Shown here: in pieces, positions 9,599-19,166 of the stretch
How positions within the stretch are numbered: the first letter of the stretch is position 1
How the letters are laid out: the number at the start of each line of letters is the position of its first letter
Source: an uncultured Acidobacteriota bacterium
GTDB lineage: Bacteria; Acidobacteriota; JAQAZP01
Assembly: GCA_963836075.1 (NCBI GenBank)
Contig: CAWIIB010000009.1
Coordinates: 1,824,001 to 1,888,000, forward strand
Reading direction: 5' to 3'
Length of the DNA: 64,000 bases
Position numbers and translations under genes: made by a program
The notes under the pieces: generated by a model
Databases searched by the model: none
Told to the model about the DNA's origin: nothing
What the model saw: the letters and a program-made list of their open reading frames with translations, nothing else

Positions 9599-12500
9599 AT
9601 GAACCCGGAAGGACGAAGGCAAGTGGAAAAAATCTCAGTTGACAGGAATCTCGGAGATGTCCTGGTGGTGGGCGGCGGGATCAGCGGCATTCAGGCCGCC
9701 CTGGACATGGCCGCCGCCGGCTTCAAGGTCTACCTGGTGGAGAAGGGGCCGAGCATCGGCGGTCACATGGCCCAGCTGGACAAGACCTTTCCCACCAATG
9801 ACTGCTCCACGTGAATACTCGCACCTAAAATGGTCGAGTTCGGCCGTCATCAAAATATCGAAGCCCTGACCTACGCTGAAGTTGACAACGTGGAAGGTGA
9901 GGTCGGTGACTTCACGGTCACCGTGACCCGCAAGCCCCGCTACATCGACGAGGACATCTGCACCGGCTGCGGCATCTGTATGAAATACTGCCCGGTGGAT
10001 ATTCCCGATCCCTACAACCAGGGGCTGTCCAGCAACAAAGCGATCCATATCTACTTTTCCCAGGCCATTCCCCTGGTCACCTACATCGATCAGAGCTGCC
10101 TCAAGCTCAAGGAGGGCAAGTGCGACATCTGTACCGGTGTCTGCCAGCCCAGGGCCATCGACTTCAGGCAAACCGCCGAGAAGATCGAACTGAACGTGGG
10201 GACCATCATCCTGTCCGCCGGCATCGCGCCGTTCGATCCCGCCGTGGTGGATGAGTACGGCTACAAGAAATATCAGAACGTGGTCACCAGCATGGACTAC
10301 GAGCGGCTGCTCTCCGCCACCGGCCCGTACCAGGGCGAGATCCTGCGCGCCACCGACCGCAAACATCCCAAAAAGGTGGCCTGGCTGCAGTGCGTCGGCT
10401 CGCGCAAGGTCACCCCGGGGGAGAACAGCTACTGCTCCGGAGTCTGCTGCACCTATACCCAGAAGCAGGTGATCCTGACCAAGGACCACGAGGCCGAGGC
10501 GGAGTGCACGGTATTCCACAACGACATCCGCGCCATCGGCAAGGATTTCGAGCGCTACTACCAGAGAGCCGAAGACCTGCCCGGGGTGCGCTTCATCAGA
10601 AGCTACACCTCGGTGGTGCGGGAAATTCCGGAGAGCGGGAACGTGGTGGTGCGCTACTCCACCCCCGATGAAGGCGTGAAAGAGGAAGAATTCGAGATGG
10701 TGGTGCTGTCGGTGGGATTGAATCCGCCCGCCGACCACCAGGAGCTCTCCCATACCTTCGGCATCGGCCTCAATCCGCACGGGTTTCCCGAAACACCGCT
10801 GGAGAATCCCATGGCCACCACCCGGCCCGGGGTCTTTGTCAGCGGCGCCATGCAGGGGCCCATCGACATTCCGGAGTCGGTGTTCAGCGCCAGCGGCGCC
10901 GGCGCCCAGTGCGGTGAAGCGCTGCACTACCGCCGGGGCAAGTTGACCGAGGAGAAGACCTATCCGCCGGAGCGGGACACGGCCCGGGAGGAGCCGAGAA
11001 TCGGCGTCTTCGTCTGCCACTGCGGGGCGAACATCGGCAGCGTGGTGAACGTGCCTTCCGCCGTGGAATATGCCTGGACACTGCCCAACGTGGTTCACGC
11101 CCAGGAACAGCTCTTCTCCTGCGCCACCAATGCCGTCAGGGAGATCACCGATCTGGCGGAACAGAAAGGGCTCAACCGGGTGGTGATTGCCGCCTGCTCT
11201 CCCAGGACCCTGGAGGAACTGTTCCGCGACACCCTGCGTGAAGCGGGGCTCAACCAGTATTACCTGGAGATGGCCAACATCCGGGAGCAGTGCTCCTGGG
11301 TCCACTCGAAGGAAAAGGAAGCCGCCACCAGGAAATCGAAGGACATCATCAGGATGTCGGTGGCCCGGGCCGCCCACCTGGAGCCGCTGCAGGAGTTCGA
11401 CCTGCCGGTGAACAAGACCACCCTGGTGATCGGCGGCGGGATCGCCGGAATGACCTGTGCGCTGTCCATCGCCAACCAGGGCTACATGGTACACCTGGTG
11501 GAGAAGGACAAGCGTCTGGGCGGGATGGCGCGACGGATCCACAGCACCCTGGAGGGGATGGATGTCCAGGCCTATCTGGACGAGATGATCCAGTCGATCT
11601 ACCGCAACCCGATGATCCATGTATCGCAGGAAGCCAGCATCAGGGACGTTTCCGGATACGTGGGGAACTTCACCACCATCGTCGAATCCCAGGGCCGGGT
11701 GAAGAAGATCGATCACGGCGCCGCGGTCATCGCCATCGGGGCTGACGTCTACCAGCCGGCCGAATACCTCTACGGCGAGGACGACCGGGTGCTGACCCAC
11801 CTCGAACTGGGCGAGAAAATCGCCGGGAAGGACGAGGCGGTGGCCAACGCCCAGAGCCTGGTGATGATCCAGTGCGTGGGGTGCCGGAACGAGGACCGCA
11901 ACTACTGCAGCCGGGTCTGCTGCAGCCACGCTATCAAGAACGCCCTGAAGCTGAAAGAGATCAACCCCGGGATGGCGATCTACATCCTCTTCCGGGACAT
12001 GCGGACTTACGGCTTCAAGGAAGACTACTACCGGGAAGCGGCGGACAAGGGTGTGAACTTCATCCAGTACTCGCCGGAGAACGGGCCCGAAGTGGAAGCG
12101 GGCAAGAACGAGGCGGGCCAGCCCTGCCTCAAGGTCAGCGTGCCGGACCTCATTCTGGGCAACCGTCTGGAGCTGGACGCCGACATCCTGTCCCTGGCCG
12201 CTGCCGTGGTCCCCTCACCGGCGACCAGGGAGGTTGCCGGCCTGTTCAGGGTCACCCTGAATCCGGACCAGTTCTTCAAGGAGGCCCACGTCAAGCTGCG
12301 GCCAGTGGAGTTTGCCGCCGACGGCGTCTATCCTCTGCGGCATGGCGCACTACCCGAAGCACATCGAGGAGACGGTCAACCAGGCGTATGGCGCCGCCGG
12401 CCGGGTGCTGACCATGATGTCCCACGACACCGTGGTGGCTTCGGGTTCCGTGGCCGAGGTGGAAGAGTACGATTGCGTGTCCTGCGGGGCCTGCATCACC

Positions 12501-12701
12501 GCCTGCACCTATGAGGCCATCGAGTTCTGCGACACGCCAAAGGGCAGGAAAGCCCGGGTGAACCCGATCCTCTGCAAGGGGGATGGCCTCTGTGTGGCCA
12601 AGTGTCCCACCAGCGCCATCGCGCTGAAGCACTTCACCGACGAGGCGCTGCTGAGCCAGATCGATGCGGCGGAGGAAGTAAAAATGGGGGCTGGCTCCTG
12701 A
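9599..12701 (+). CDS. bamE: HdrA-like electron-bifurcating flavoprotein, selenoprotein (UGA 9812-9814); +1 frameshift near 12332
   Basis: [10 protein letters not shown]...[19 protein letters not shown] is in frame with ORF 9830. A second Rossmann motif LVIGGGIAG and ferredoxin motifs are present. Removing one C restores [12 protein letters not shown] and joins ORF 12312..12701. Confidence 0.88.
9830..9847 (+). promoter_or_regulatory. Putative SECIS hairpin of bamE
   Basis: ATGGTCG-AGTT-CGGCCGT stem-loop (two G-U pairs); the loop G lies 24 nt after the UGA. Confidence 0.6.
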
Positions 12702-12735
12702 TTTCCGCAGGAAATCGGTACCTGTCCCCGATTTT
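12681..12735. repeat. REP-like palindrome, copy 1
   Basis: AAAATGGGGGCTGG...CCTGTCCCCGATTTT; encodes the last bamE codons and its stop. Confidence 0.7.
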
Positions 12736-12763
12736 TAGAAGCTAAAAAAGGAGGTGAATAGCA

Positions 12764-13534
12764 ATGGCCGGCGGTCCTGGATTCAAACCCAAAATCATCG
12801 GGTTCGTGTGCCACTGGTGAGCATACGGAGCCGCTGATGCCGCGGGAGTATCCCGCCTGCAGTACAAGAACGAGATCAGGCTGATTCGCGTCATGTGTTC
12901 CGGCCGGGTGGACCTGGAGTTCATCTTCCGGGCCTTTGCCCGAGGTCAGGACGGCGTGTTGATCGGCGGTTGCAAGCTGAACGAGTGCAACTACGCCACC
13001 CACGGTAATTTCGATGCCCTGAGCAATACATATATCAGTAAAAATATCCTGCAGCGGATCGGCGTGAACCCCGAGAGGCTGAGCATCGAGTTCATGTCCG
13101 GCGGCGAAGGCAACCGCCTGGCTGACGTGATCAACGGTTTCACCGACAAGGTCAAGGAGCTGGGCCCCCTGGGTGAGGCCGAGGGGATCGAGAAGCACGC
13201 ACTGAAACTCTCTCTTGATGCCGTTCGAAAGCTGGTGCCCTACCTCAGGCTGGTGGAACGGGAGAAGCTGAGGGTCCCTGTGCGGTCCGAGGAGGGGTAT
13301 CGCGAGTTCTTTGCCAGCGAGGAAATCAACCGGCTGTTCGACGAGCTGGTGGGCGACAACCTGGCCATCAGCCGGATCGTCATGCTGCTGCGGGAGAAGC
13401 CGCTGTCAACTGCGGAGATATCCACATCTCTTGGCCTGAACCCGTCCGACGTGGCCAGGCATATGAAGAGCTCATCGAGGCAGGGGCTGGTCAATTACGA
13501 CATGGACAGCAGCTGCTATTCCGTGGCCCATTGA
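12764..13534 (+). CDS. bamF: MvhD-like 2Fe-2S selenoprotein (UGA 12818-12820) with C-terminal HTH-like extension
   Basis: RBS AGGAGGTG, then MAGGPGFKPKIIGFVCHW-TGA-AYGAADAAG...IRVMCSGRVD...GGCKLNECNY. The UGA sits at the Cys of the MvhD CxWC motif and is in frame with ORF 12893. Confidence 0.9.
12842..12856 (+). promoter_or_regulatory. Putative SECIS hairpin of bamF
   Basis: GCGGGA-GTA-TCCCGC; the loop G lies 28 nt after the UGA. Confidence 0.65.
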
Positions 13535-13579
13535 AAAATGGGGACTGGCAACCGTCTTCGGGTGCCTGTCCCCGATTTT
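13535..13579. repeat. REP-like palindrome, copy 2
   Basis: AAAATGGGGACTGGCAACCGTCTTCGGGTGCCTGTCCCCGATTTT directly after the bamF stop. Confidence 0.75.
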
Positions 13580-13624
13580 TACGAAGCAATTTTTGTTGCA
13601 TTCATAACAACACACCATGAGTGA

Positions 13625-14080
13625 ATGATGTGCACCGATAAAATCGACCAGATCATCGACCGGCACCGGGGCGAGGCGAGCCAGCTCAACCAGGTCCTGC
13701 TGGAGATTCAGCGCGAATACAACTGGCTGCCCAAGGCGGCGCTGCAGCGGGTCGGCGAGAGGCTGCAGGTCCCCCTGTCCCTGATCCAGCACATCGCCAC
13801 TTTCTACAAGGCGTTCAGCGTGGTTCCCAAGGGCCGGCACCAGGTGCACGTCTGCGTGGGTACGGCCTGTCATGTCCGCGGGGCCACACGAATCCTGGAC
13901 ACGGTGCAGGAGCACACCGGCATCAACCCCGGGGAAACGGATCTGGAGCTCAAGTACAGCCTGGAAACGGTCAGCTGCCTCGGTTGCTGCGCCCTGGGCC
14001 CGGTGCTGGAAATCGACGGCAAGACCCATGGCAAGGTCACCACCGCTGAAACCGCCGACATCTTGGAACAGTACACCTGA
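13625..14080 (+). CDS. bamG: NuoE-like 2Fe-2S subunit
   Basis: ATFYKAFS, VCVGTACHVRGA, VSCLGCCALGP. Confidence 0.88.
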   Translation: MMCTDKIDQIIDRHRGEASQLNQVLLEIQREYNWLPKAALQRVGERLQVPLSLIQHIATFYKAFSVVPKGRHQVHVCVGTACHVRGATRILDTVQEHTGINPGETDLELKYSLETVSCLGCCALGPVLEIDGKTHGKVTTAETADILEQYT

Positions 14081-14088
14081 GGAACACT

Positions 14089-16017
14089 ATGGCGTTGCTG
14101 AATTCGCCCCAGGAACTGGAGACCTTCAGGCAGGAGCTGTCCGCCCGGCGAGACCCGGACGCGCCCTGCATCTCCATCTGCGCCGGCACCGGATGTCTGG
14201 CATACGGCGCCGCCGAACTGATCGCCGCATTCGAAGCCGAGCTGCAGAAGCAGGGTCTGGCCGCCACCGTCAGCACCAAGGGCACCGGGTGCCACGGGTT
14301 CTGCGAGCGGGGGCCGGTGGTGGTGATTCACCCCGAGGAGACCTGCTACCTCGGCGTCAAAATCAAAGACGTGCCCGAGATCGTCACCACCACCATTGGG
14401 GAGAAGAAGGTGGTGGACCGGCTGGTTTTCAAGGATCCCAACACCAAGGAGCCGGCCGTCCGCGAGTCGGAGATCACCTTCTACAAGCACCAGCAGCGGC
14501 ACCTGCTCTCCAACAACACCCGGATTGATTCCCGGAGCATCGACGACTACCTGGCCATCGAGGGCTACTCCGCGCTGAGCAAGGCGCTGTTCCAGATGAG
14601 CGATGTGGAGGTGCTGGAGGAAGTGAAGAAGGCCAACCTCCGGGGCCGGGGCGGCGGCGGTTTCCCTGCCGGCCGCAAGTGGGAGGGATCGCGCAATGCG
14701 CCTGAAAAAACGAAATATGTGATCATCAACGCCGACGAGGGCGACCCCGGGGCCTTCATGGACCGGACGCTGCTGGAGGGGAACCCGCACTCGATCCTCG
14801 AGGGGCTGATCATCGGCGGTTATGCCATCGGGGCGCACGAGGGGTTCATTTACGTCCGCCAGGAATACCCGCTGGCGGTGGAAAACTTCAACCGCGCCTT
14901 GGAGCAGGCCGAGGAATACGGCTTCCTGGGCAAGAACATCCTCGGTTCCGGGTTCGACTTCACCGTCCAGGTGCACAAGGGCGCCGGCGCCTTTGTCTGT
15001 GGTGAGTCCACCGCACTGATGACCGCACTGGAAGGCCGGGTGGGCGAGCCCCGGCCAAAGTATGTGCGCTCCAACATCAAGGGGCTGTGGAACAAGCCCA
15101 GTGTGCTGAACAATGTGGAAACATGGGCCAACGTCCCGCTGATCGTCAACCGGGGGGCAGACTGGTTCACCAGTTTCGGCACCGCAGGCAGCAAGGGCAC
15201 CAAGATCTTCTCTCTGGTGGGCAAGATCAACAACACCGGCCTGGTGGAAGTGCCCATGGGCATCACCCTCCGCGACATCATCCACAAGATCGGCGGCGGT
15301 ATCCCCGGCGGTAAGCAGTTCAAGGCGGTGCAGACCGGCGGGCCGTCCGGCGGTTGCATCCCCGAGCGGCTGCTCGACCTGGAAGTCGGTTTCGACGAAC
15401 TGACCGAAGCCGGGTCGATGATGGGCTCCGGCGGGTTGGTGGTGATGGACGAGGACACCTGCATGGTGGATGTGGCCAGGTTTTTCATCCACTTCCTCAC
15501 CGATGAATCGTGCGGCAAGTGTGTCCCCTGCCGTGAAGGCCTGAGGCAGATGGATACGATCCTCACGCGGATCACTGAAGGCCGGGGCCGGGAGGGCGAC
15601 ATCGAGACCCTGGAGGAACTCTCCGAGCTGGCCATGGAGGCCTCGCTCTGCGCCCTGGGCAAGAGCGCCCCCAACCCGCTGCTCAGCACGTTGCGCTACT
15701 TCAAGGACGAGTACGAGGCCCACATCAATGACCAGCGCTGCCCGGCGCTCTCCTGCAAAGAACTGATCAACTTCTACATCGAGCCGGAGAAATGCCTGGC
15801 CTGCATGATCTGCCTCAGGAAGTGCCCGGTGGATGCCATCGACGGCGGCAAGAACAAGATCCATTACATCATCCAGGACAAGTGCACAAACTGCGGGACC
15901 TGCTTCGAGGTCTGCCCGGCCAAGTTCGATGCGGTGAAGAAACTGTCGGCCGAACCGGTTCCTCCCCCGATCCCCGAAGAGCAGCGGACCATCGTCAGAA
16001 AGAGTAAAAAGAAATGA
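14089..16017 (+). CDS. bamH: NuoF/HydB-like NAD(H)-binding flavoprotein
   Basis: LRGRGGGGFP, NADEGDPGAFMDR, GAGAFVCGE, ESCGKCVPCREG and a C-terminal 2x4Fe-4S domain. Confidence 0.9.
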   Translation: MALLNSPQELETFRQELSARRDPDAPCISICAGTGCLAYGAAELIAAFEAELQKQGLAATVSTKGTGCHGFCERGPVVVIHPEETCYLGVKIKDVPEIVTTTIGEKKVVDRLVFKDPNTKEPAVRESEITFYKHQQRHLLSNNTRIDSRSIDDYLAIEGYSALSKALFQMSDVEVLEEVKKANLRGRGGGGFPAGRKWEGSRNAPEKTKYVIINADEGDPGAFMDRTLLEGNPHSILEGLIIGGYAIGAHEGFIYVRQEYPLAVENFNRALEQAEEYGFLGKNILGSGFDFTVQVHKGAGAFVCGESTALMTALEGRVGEPRPKYVRSNIKGLWNKPSVLNNVETWANVPLIVNRGADWFTSFGTAGSKGTKIFSLVGKINNTGLVEVPMGITLRDIIHKIGGGIPGGKQFKAVQTGGPSGGCIPERLLDLEVGFDELTEAGSMMGSGGLVVMDEDTCMVDVARFFIHFLTDESCGKCVPCREGLRQMDTILTRITEGRGREGDIETLEELSELAMEASLCALGKSAPNPLLSTLRYFKDEYEAHINDQRCPALSCKELINFYIEPEKCLACMICLRKCPVDAIDGGKNKIHYIIQDKCTNCGTCFEVCPAKFDAVKKLSAEPVPPPIPEEQRTIVRKSKKK

Positions 16018-16616
16018 GCGAAAAGGTCCACCTGAAGATCGATGGAAGAGACATTGAAGCCGAACTGGGGATGACCGTCCTGGAGGCAGCCCGCAGTGCG
16101 GGGATCCCGATTCCCACCCTCTGTCACCACGAGAGGCTGGAACCGCTGGGCGGGTGCCGACTGTGCATGGTGGAACTGGACTTCGGCGACTGGAAAAAAC
16201 ACGTTGTTTCCTGCGTCTACCCGGTGGAGGAAAACCTGGTGGTCAAGACCAGGACCGAAAAGGTGGACCGGATCCGCAAGGGCCTCCTCGAACTGCTGCT
16301 GGCCCACGCTCCGGACGCACCCCGGCTGCGGGAAATGGCCGAGGAATACGGTGCGGACAAGGACCGCTTTGCCAAGGATACCTCGTTCTGCATTCACTGC
16401 GGCCTCTGTGTCCGATACTGTGCCGAGGTGGTGAAAAAGCATGCCGTGGGATTCATCGACCGCGGCATCCGCAAGGAGATCAGCTTCATTCCCGAGATTG
16501 CCGCCAGGGAGTGCAACGCCTGCAAGGAGTGCTTCCCACTCTGCCCGACCTCGTATCTTCAGGCCGCCTTCGTGCTGGTGGAGTCCCTCGTCTTCCCCCG
16601 CGGAGGGGATGGGTAA
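16014..16616 (+). CDS. bamI: NuoG N-terminal-like Fe-S subunit
   Basis: IPTLCHH...GGCRLCMVE...VSC, CIHCGLCVRYC, CNACKECFPLCPT. Confidence 0.88.
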   Translation: MSEKVHLKIDGRDIEAELGMTVLEAARSAGIPIPTLCHHERLEPLGGCRLCMVELDFGDWKKHVVSCVYPVEENLVVKTRTEKVDRIRKGLLELLLAHAPDAPRLREMAEEYGADKDRFAKDTSFCIHCGLCVRYCAEVVKKHAVGFIDRGIRKEISFIPEIAARECNACKECFPLCPTSYLQAAFVLVESLVFPRGGDG

Positions 16617-16659
16617 AATGGGGACTGGCAACCGCCTTCGGGTGCCTGCCCCCGATTTT
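16615..16659. repeat. REP-like palindrome, copy 3
   Basis: AAAATGGGGACTGGCAACCGCCTTCGGGTGCCTGCCCCCGATTTT, 2 mismatches to copy 2; overlaps the bamI TAA. Confidence 0.75.
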
Positions 16660-16673
16660 ACAAGGAATCGGCA

Positions 16674-17507
16674 GTGCGCAAGAACACCGAACAGCACCAG
16701 GCCTCCCGCATCGGTGACGGACAGAGCGAACCTCTGACCCTCGACCTGATCGCTGAAGAACCGCTCCTGATCCGGATTGATGACAAGCCCTATTCCACCG
16801 TGATGCGCACACCGGGGGACGAAGTCTTTCACGCGGCCGGCTTCTGCCTTGCGGAGGGGATCATCGATCTGCGGCAGGACATGGCCGACATCATGTACAA
16901 CGAACGCCAGGACGAGAACGAGATCGACGTCCAGCTCAACCCCGAACGGCGTGAGCAGATCCCCGAGGTCCTCAATCGCCGGGTGTATGTCAGCCAGACC
17001 AGCTGCGGTATCTGCGGCAAGCAGCTGGTTGAGGACCTCTACCAGAAACTGACCCCGGTGGAGAGCAGCTTCGAGATCGAGCCGGGCCAGGTGTTCAAAT
17101 GCCTCGACGCCCTGTCCGAACACCAGAAGTGCCACAAGGTGACCCGCAGCGCCCATGCCGCACTGATCCTTGACGAGAACCTGGCCGCCATCGCCTTCGC
17201 CGAGGACGTCGGCCGCCACAACGCCCTGGACAAGGCCATCGGCAAGTGCCTGATGACCGACTGTCTGCCCGACGCCCGTGTCCTGGTCCTCTCCTCCCGG
17301 GTCAGCTACGAGTTGGTGCAAAAGGCCGCCCGGGCCCGCCTGCCGCTGATCATCAGTTTCTCCCGACCCACCGCCATCGCCGCGGAAATGGCTGCGGCCC
17401 TTAACATGACGCTCGCGTTTCCTGGCAAGGGTTCTGAGCTGGTTGTGCTCTGCAACGAAAGACGCATCAGAATTGAGAACTCCAGGGCCTTGGGTGACCG
17501 TACATAA
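16674..17507 (+). CDS. fdhD: FdhD/NarQ sulfurtransferase for Mo/W cofactors
   Basis: IAEEPL, MRTPG, TSCGICGK, HAA, EDVGRHNALDKAIG, SSRVSYELVQKA. Confidence 0.9.
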   Translation: MRKNTEQHQASRIGDGQSEPLTLDLIAEEPLLIRIDDKPYSTVMRTPGDEVFHAAGFCLAEGIIDLRQDMADIMYNERQDENEIDVQLNPERREQIPEVLNRRVYVSQTSCGICGKQLVEDLYQKLTPVESSFEIEPGQVFKCLDALSEHQKCHKVTRSAHAALILDENLAAIAFAEDVGRHNALDKAIGKCLMTDCLPDARVLVLSSRVSYELVQKAARARLPLIISFSRPTAIAAEMAAALNMTLAFPGKGSELVVLCNERRIRIENSRALGDRT

Positions 17508-17695
17508 ACTCGTGGTGACAATCGTCCCGGGACCCGGTGCTCTATGGCCCATCGACCCGCGGTCTGGTAATACTGTACAATTCCGACACCAATGGAATGG
17601 TTAGTCGATAGCCGTGACCCGGGGCAGGGCAGCGGTGTTTCCGCCTCCAGTCGCGCGGGAGAACATCAGGGTTTTTAACGTTCGAGGTCGAACTG

Positions 17696-19165
17696 ATGAT
17701 GGACGTTGCCAAGCGGTGGATTTGCCTTTGGAGGTGCGGGCGCCTGCCGGGTGGGCTGCTTCCGGTTGCCATCTGCGCCATGATTCTGGCCGCCGGCCTG
17801 ACCCTTTGGGGATGCGGGTCTGGTGGCGCTTCCGGCGGCGCGGCCGGAGGCACCGGCGCCGGTGAACCGCCGGCCGTGGAGGCGGTGCCGGCCCGGTTCG
17901 GCAGCCTGCCCCTGGAAGAGGTGCTCAGCGGGGTGGTCCGGGCCCGCGACCAGGTGGCCGTCCGCCCCGAGATCTCAGCCCCGGTGGTGGAGGTGCTGGT
18001 GCGCGACGGCGACAGCGTGCGCCGGGGGCAGCCGCTGGTGCGTCTCAACGACGACACCCTGCGCGAACAGCTGGCCCAGTCCGAGGCGAGCCTCCGGCTG
18101 GCCGAAGCCTCGGCCGCCGAGGCCCGGGCCCGGCTGGCCGAGATCACCGCCCGGGTGACCCGGACCAGGGTGATGGCCGGCGAAGAACTGGTCAGTGCCC
18201 TGGACCTGGAGGTCCAGGAGGCGCAGCGGGATGCCACCGCGGCCCAGGCTGACCAGGCTGAAGCACGGGTTGAACAGGTACGGGCCACGGTGGAGGAGCG
18301 ACGCTCGGCCATGGCCCGCACGGTGGTGCGATCGCCGGTGGCGGGCCGGGTGGGGCGCCGCGGCGCCGAAGTGGGCATGCTGGTTAATCCGGCAACCCTG
18401 CTCTTCCTCGTTGGCGACTTCGACGACCTGATCGTCGAGGTCTCCCTGACCCAGTCGATGCTCGATACAGTTGACGTGGGGACCCCGGTGGTGATCGAGA
18501 GCAAGCGTGGCTCAACCGGGGAGCCCTTCCGGGCGGAGATCTCCCGCATCTCGCCGTTTCTCGAGCGGTCCAGCTTCAGCACCACCGCCGAAATCGATGT
18601 GGCCAACCTGGGGGATCGTCTGCGGCCCGGGATGTTTGTCACCGTGCGGCTGAACTACGGCAGCTCCCACGAGGCCGCCCTTGTCCCGCTCAGCGCGGTT
18701 CGCGAAGTCCCGGAAACCGGAGTGATCCAGGTCTATGTGGTCGAGGAGACGGCCGGCCTGACCGAGCCGGAAACGCCGGGAACCGACATCCCCGACAAAC
18801 CCCGCCGGGTGGTCCTGCGGCCGGTGGCCCTGCTGGCCGAGGGCCGCGGCACCGCCGGGCTGCGCGGTGTCGAGGAAGGGGAGTGGGTGGTCACCCTGGG
18901 CCAGCAGCTGCTCGACGAAGCCCGGCGCAGCGCCGGAGCGGACACGGTGCAGGCCCGCGTCAGGCCCACCAGCTGGGAGCGTGTCCTGGGGCTCCAGGCC
19001 CTGCAGCGGGAGGACCTGCTGGAGACATTCCTCGACAAGCAGCAGCGGATTGCCCGCGTCCTGGGTGCCGAGCTTCCCGAGAGCAGGGAAGCGGTGGACG
19101 AAGCACTCCGTGCGGCCGAGGCCTCGGCCGCGCAGTCGCCGGCAGCCCCGGAGAGAGGGGACTGA
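17696..19165 (+). CDS. RND efflux periplasmic adaptor (MFP), probable lipoprotein
   Basis: LWGC lipobox, VRPEISAPVVEVLVRDGDSVRRGQPL, a coiled coil, VRSPVAG and LRPGMFV. Start uncertain. Confidence 0.88.
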   Translation: MMDVAKRWICLWRCGRLPGGLLPVAICAMILAAGLTLWGCGSGGASGGAAGGTGAGEPPAVEAVPARFGSLPLEEVLSGVVRARDQVAVRPEISAPVVEVLVRDGDSVRRGQPLVRLNDDTLREQLAQSEASLRLAEASAAEARARLAEITARVTRTRVMAGEELVSALDLEVQEAQRDATAAQADQAEARVEQVRATVEERRSAMARTVVRSPVAGRVGRRGAEVGMLVNPATLLFLVGDFDDLIVEVSLTQSMLDTVDVGTPVVIESKRGSTGEPFRAEISRISPFLERSSFSTTAEIDVANLGDRLRPGMFVTVRLNYGSSHEAALVPLSAVREVPETGVIQVYVVEETAGLTEPETPGTDIPDKPRRVVLRPVALLAEGRGTAGLRGVEEGEWVVTLGQQLLDEARRSAGADTVQARVRPTSWERVLGLQALQREDLLETFLDKQQRIARVLGAELPESREAVDEALRAAEASAAQSPAAPERGD

Positions 19166-19166
19166 G

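Noticed and set aside
9599-9814. Separate 71-aa ORF or bamE pseudogene
   Set aside because: The UGA is at a conserved Cys position, the frame continues and a SECIS-like hairpin follows.
13625-16616. Complex I or hydrogenase genes
   Set aside because: There are no membrane Nuo subunits and no H-cluster or NiFe subunit; the context fits bamGHI.
5690-17552. Long minus-strand ORFs (e.g. 5690..7753, 9635..11929, 13870..15864)
   Set aside because: They are antisense shadows of GC-rich genes with no recognisable motifs.
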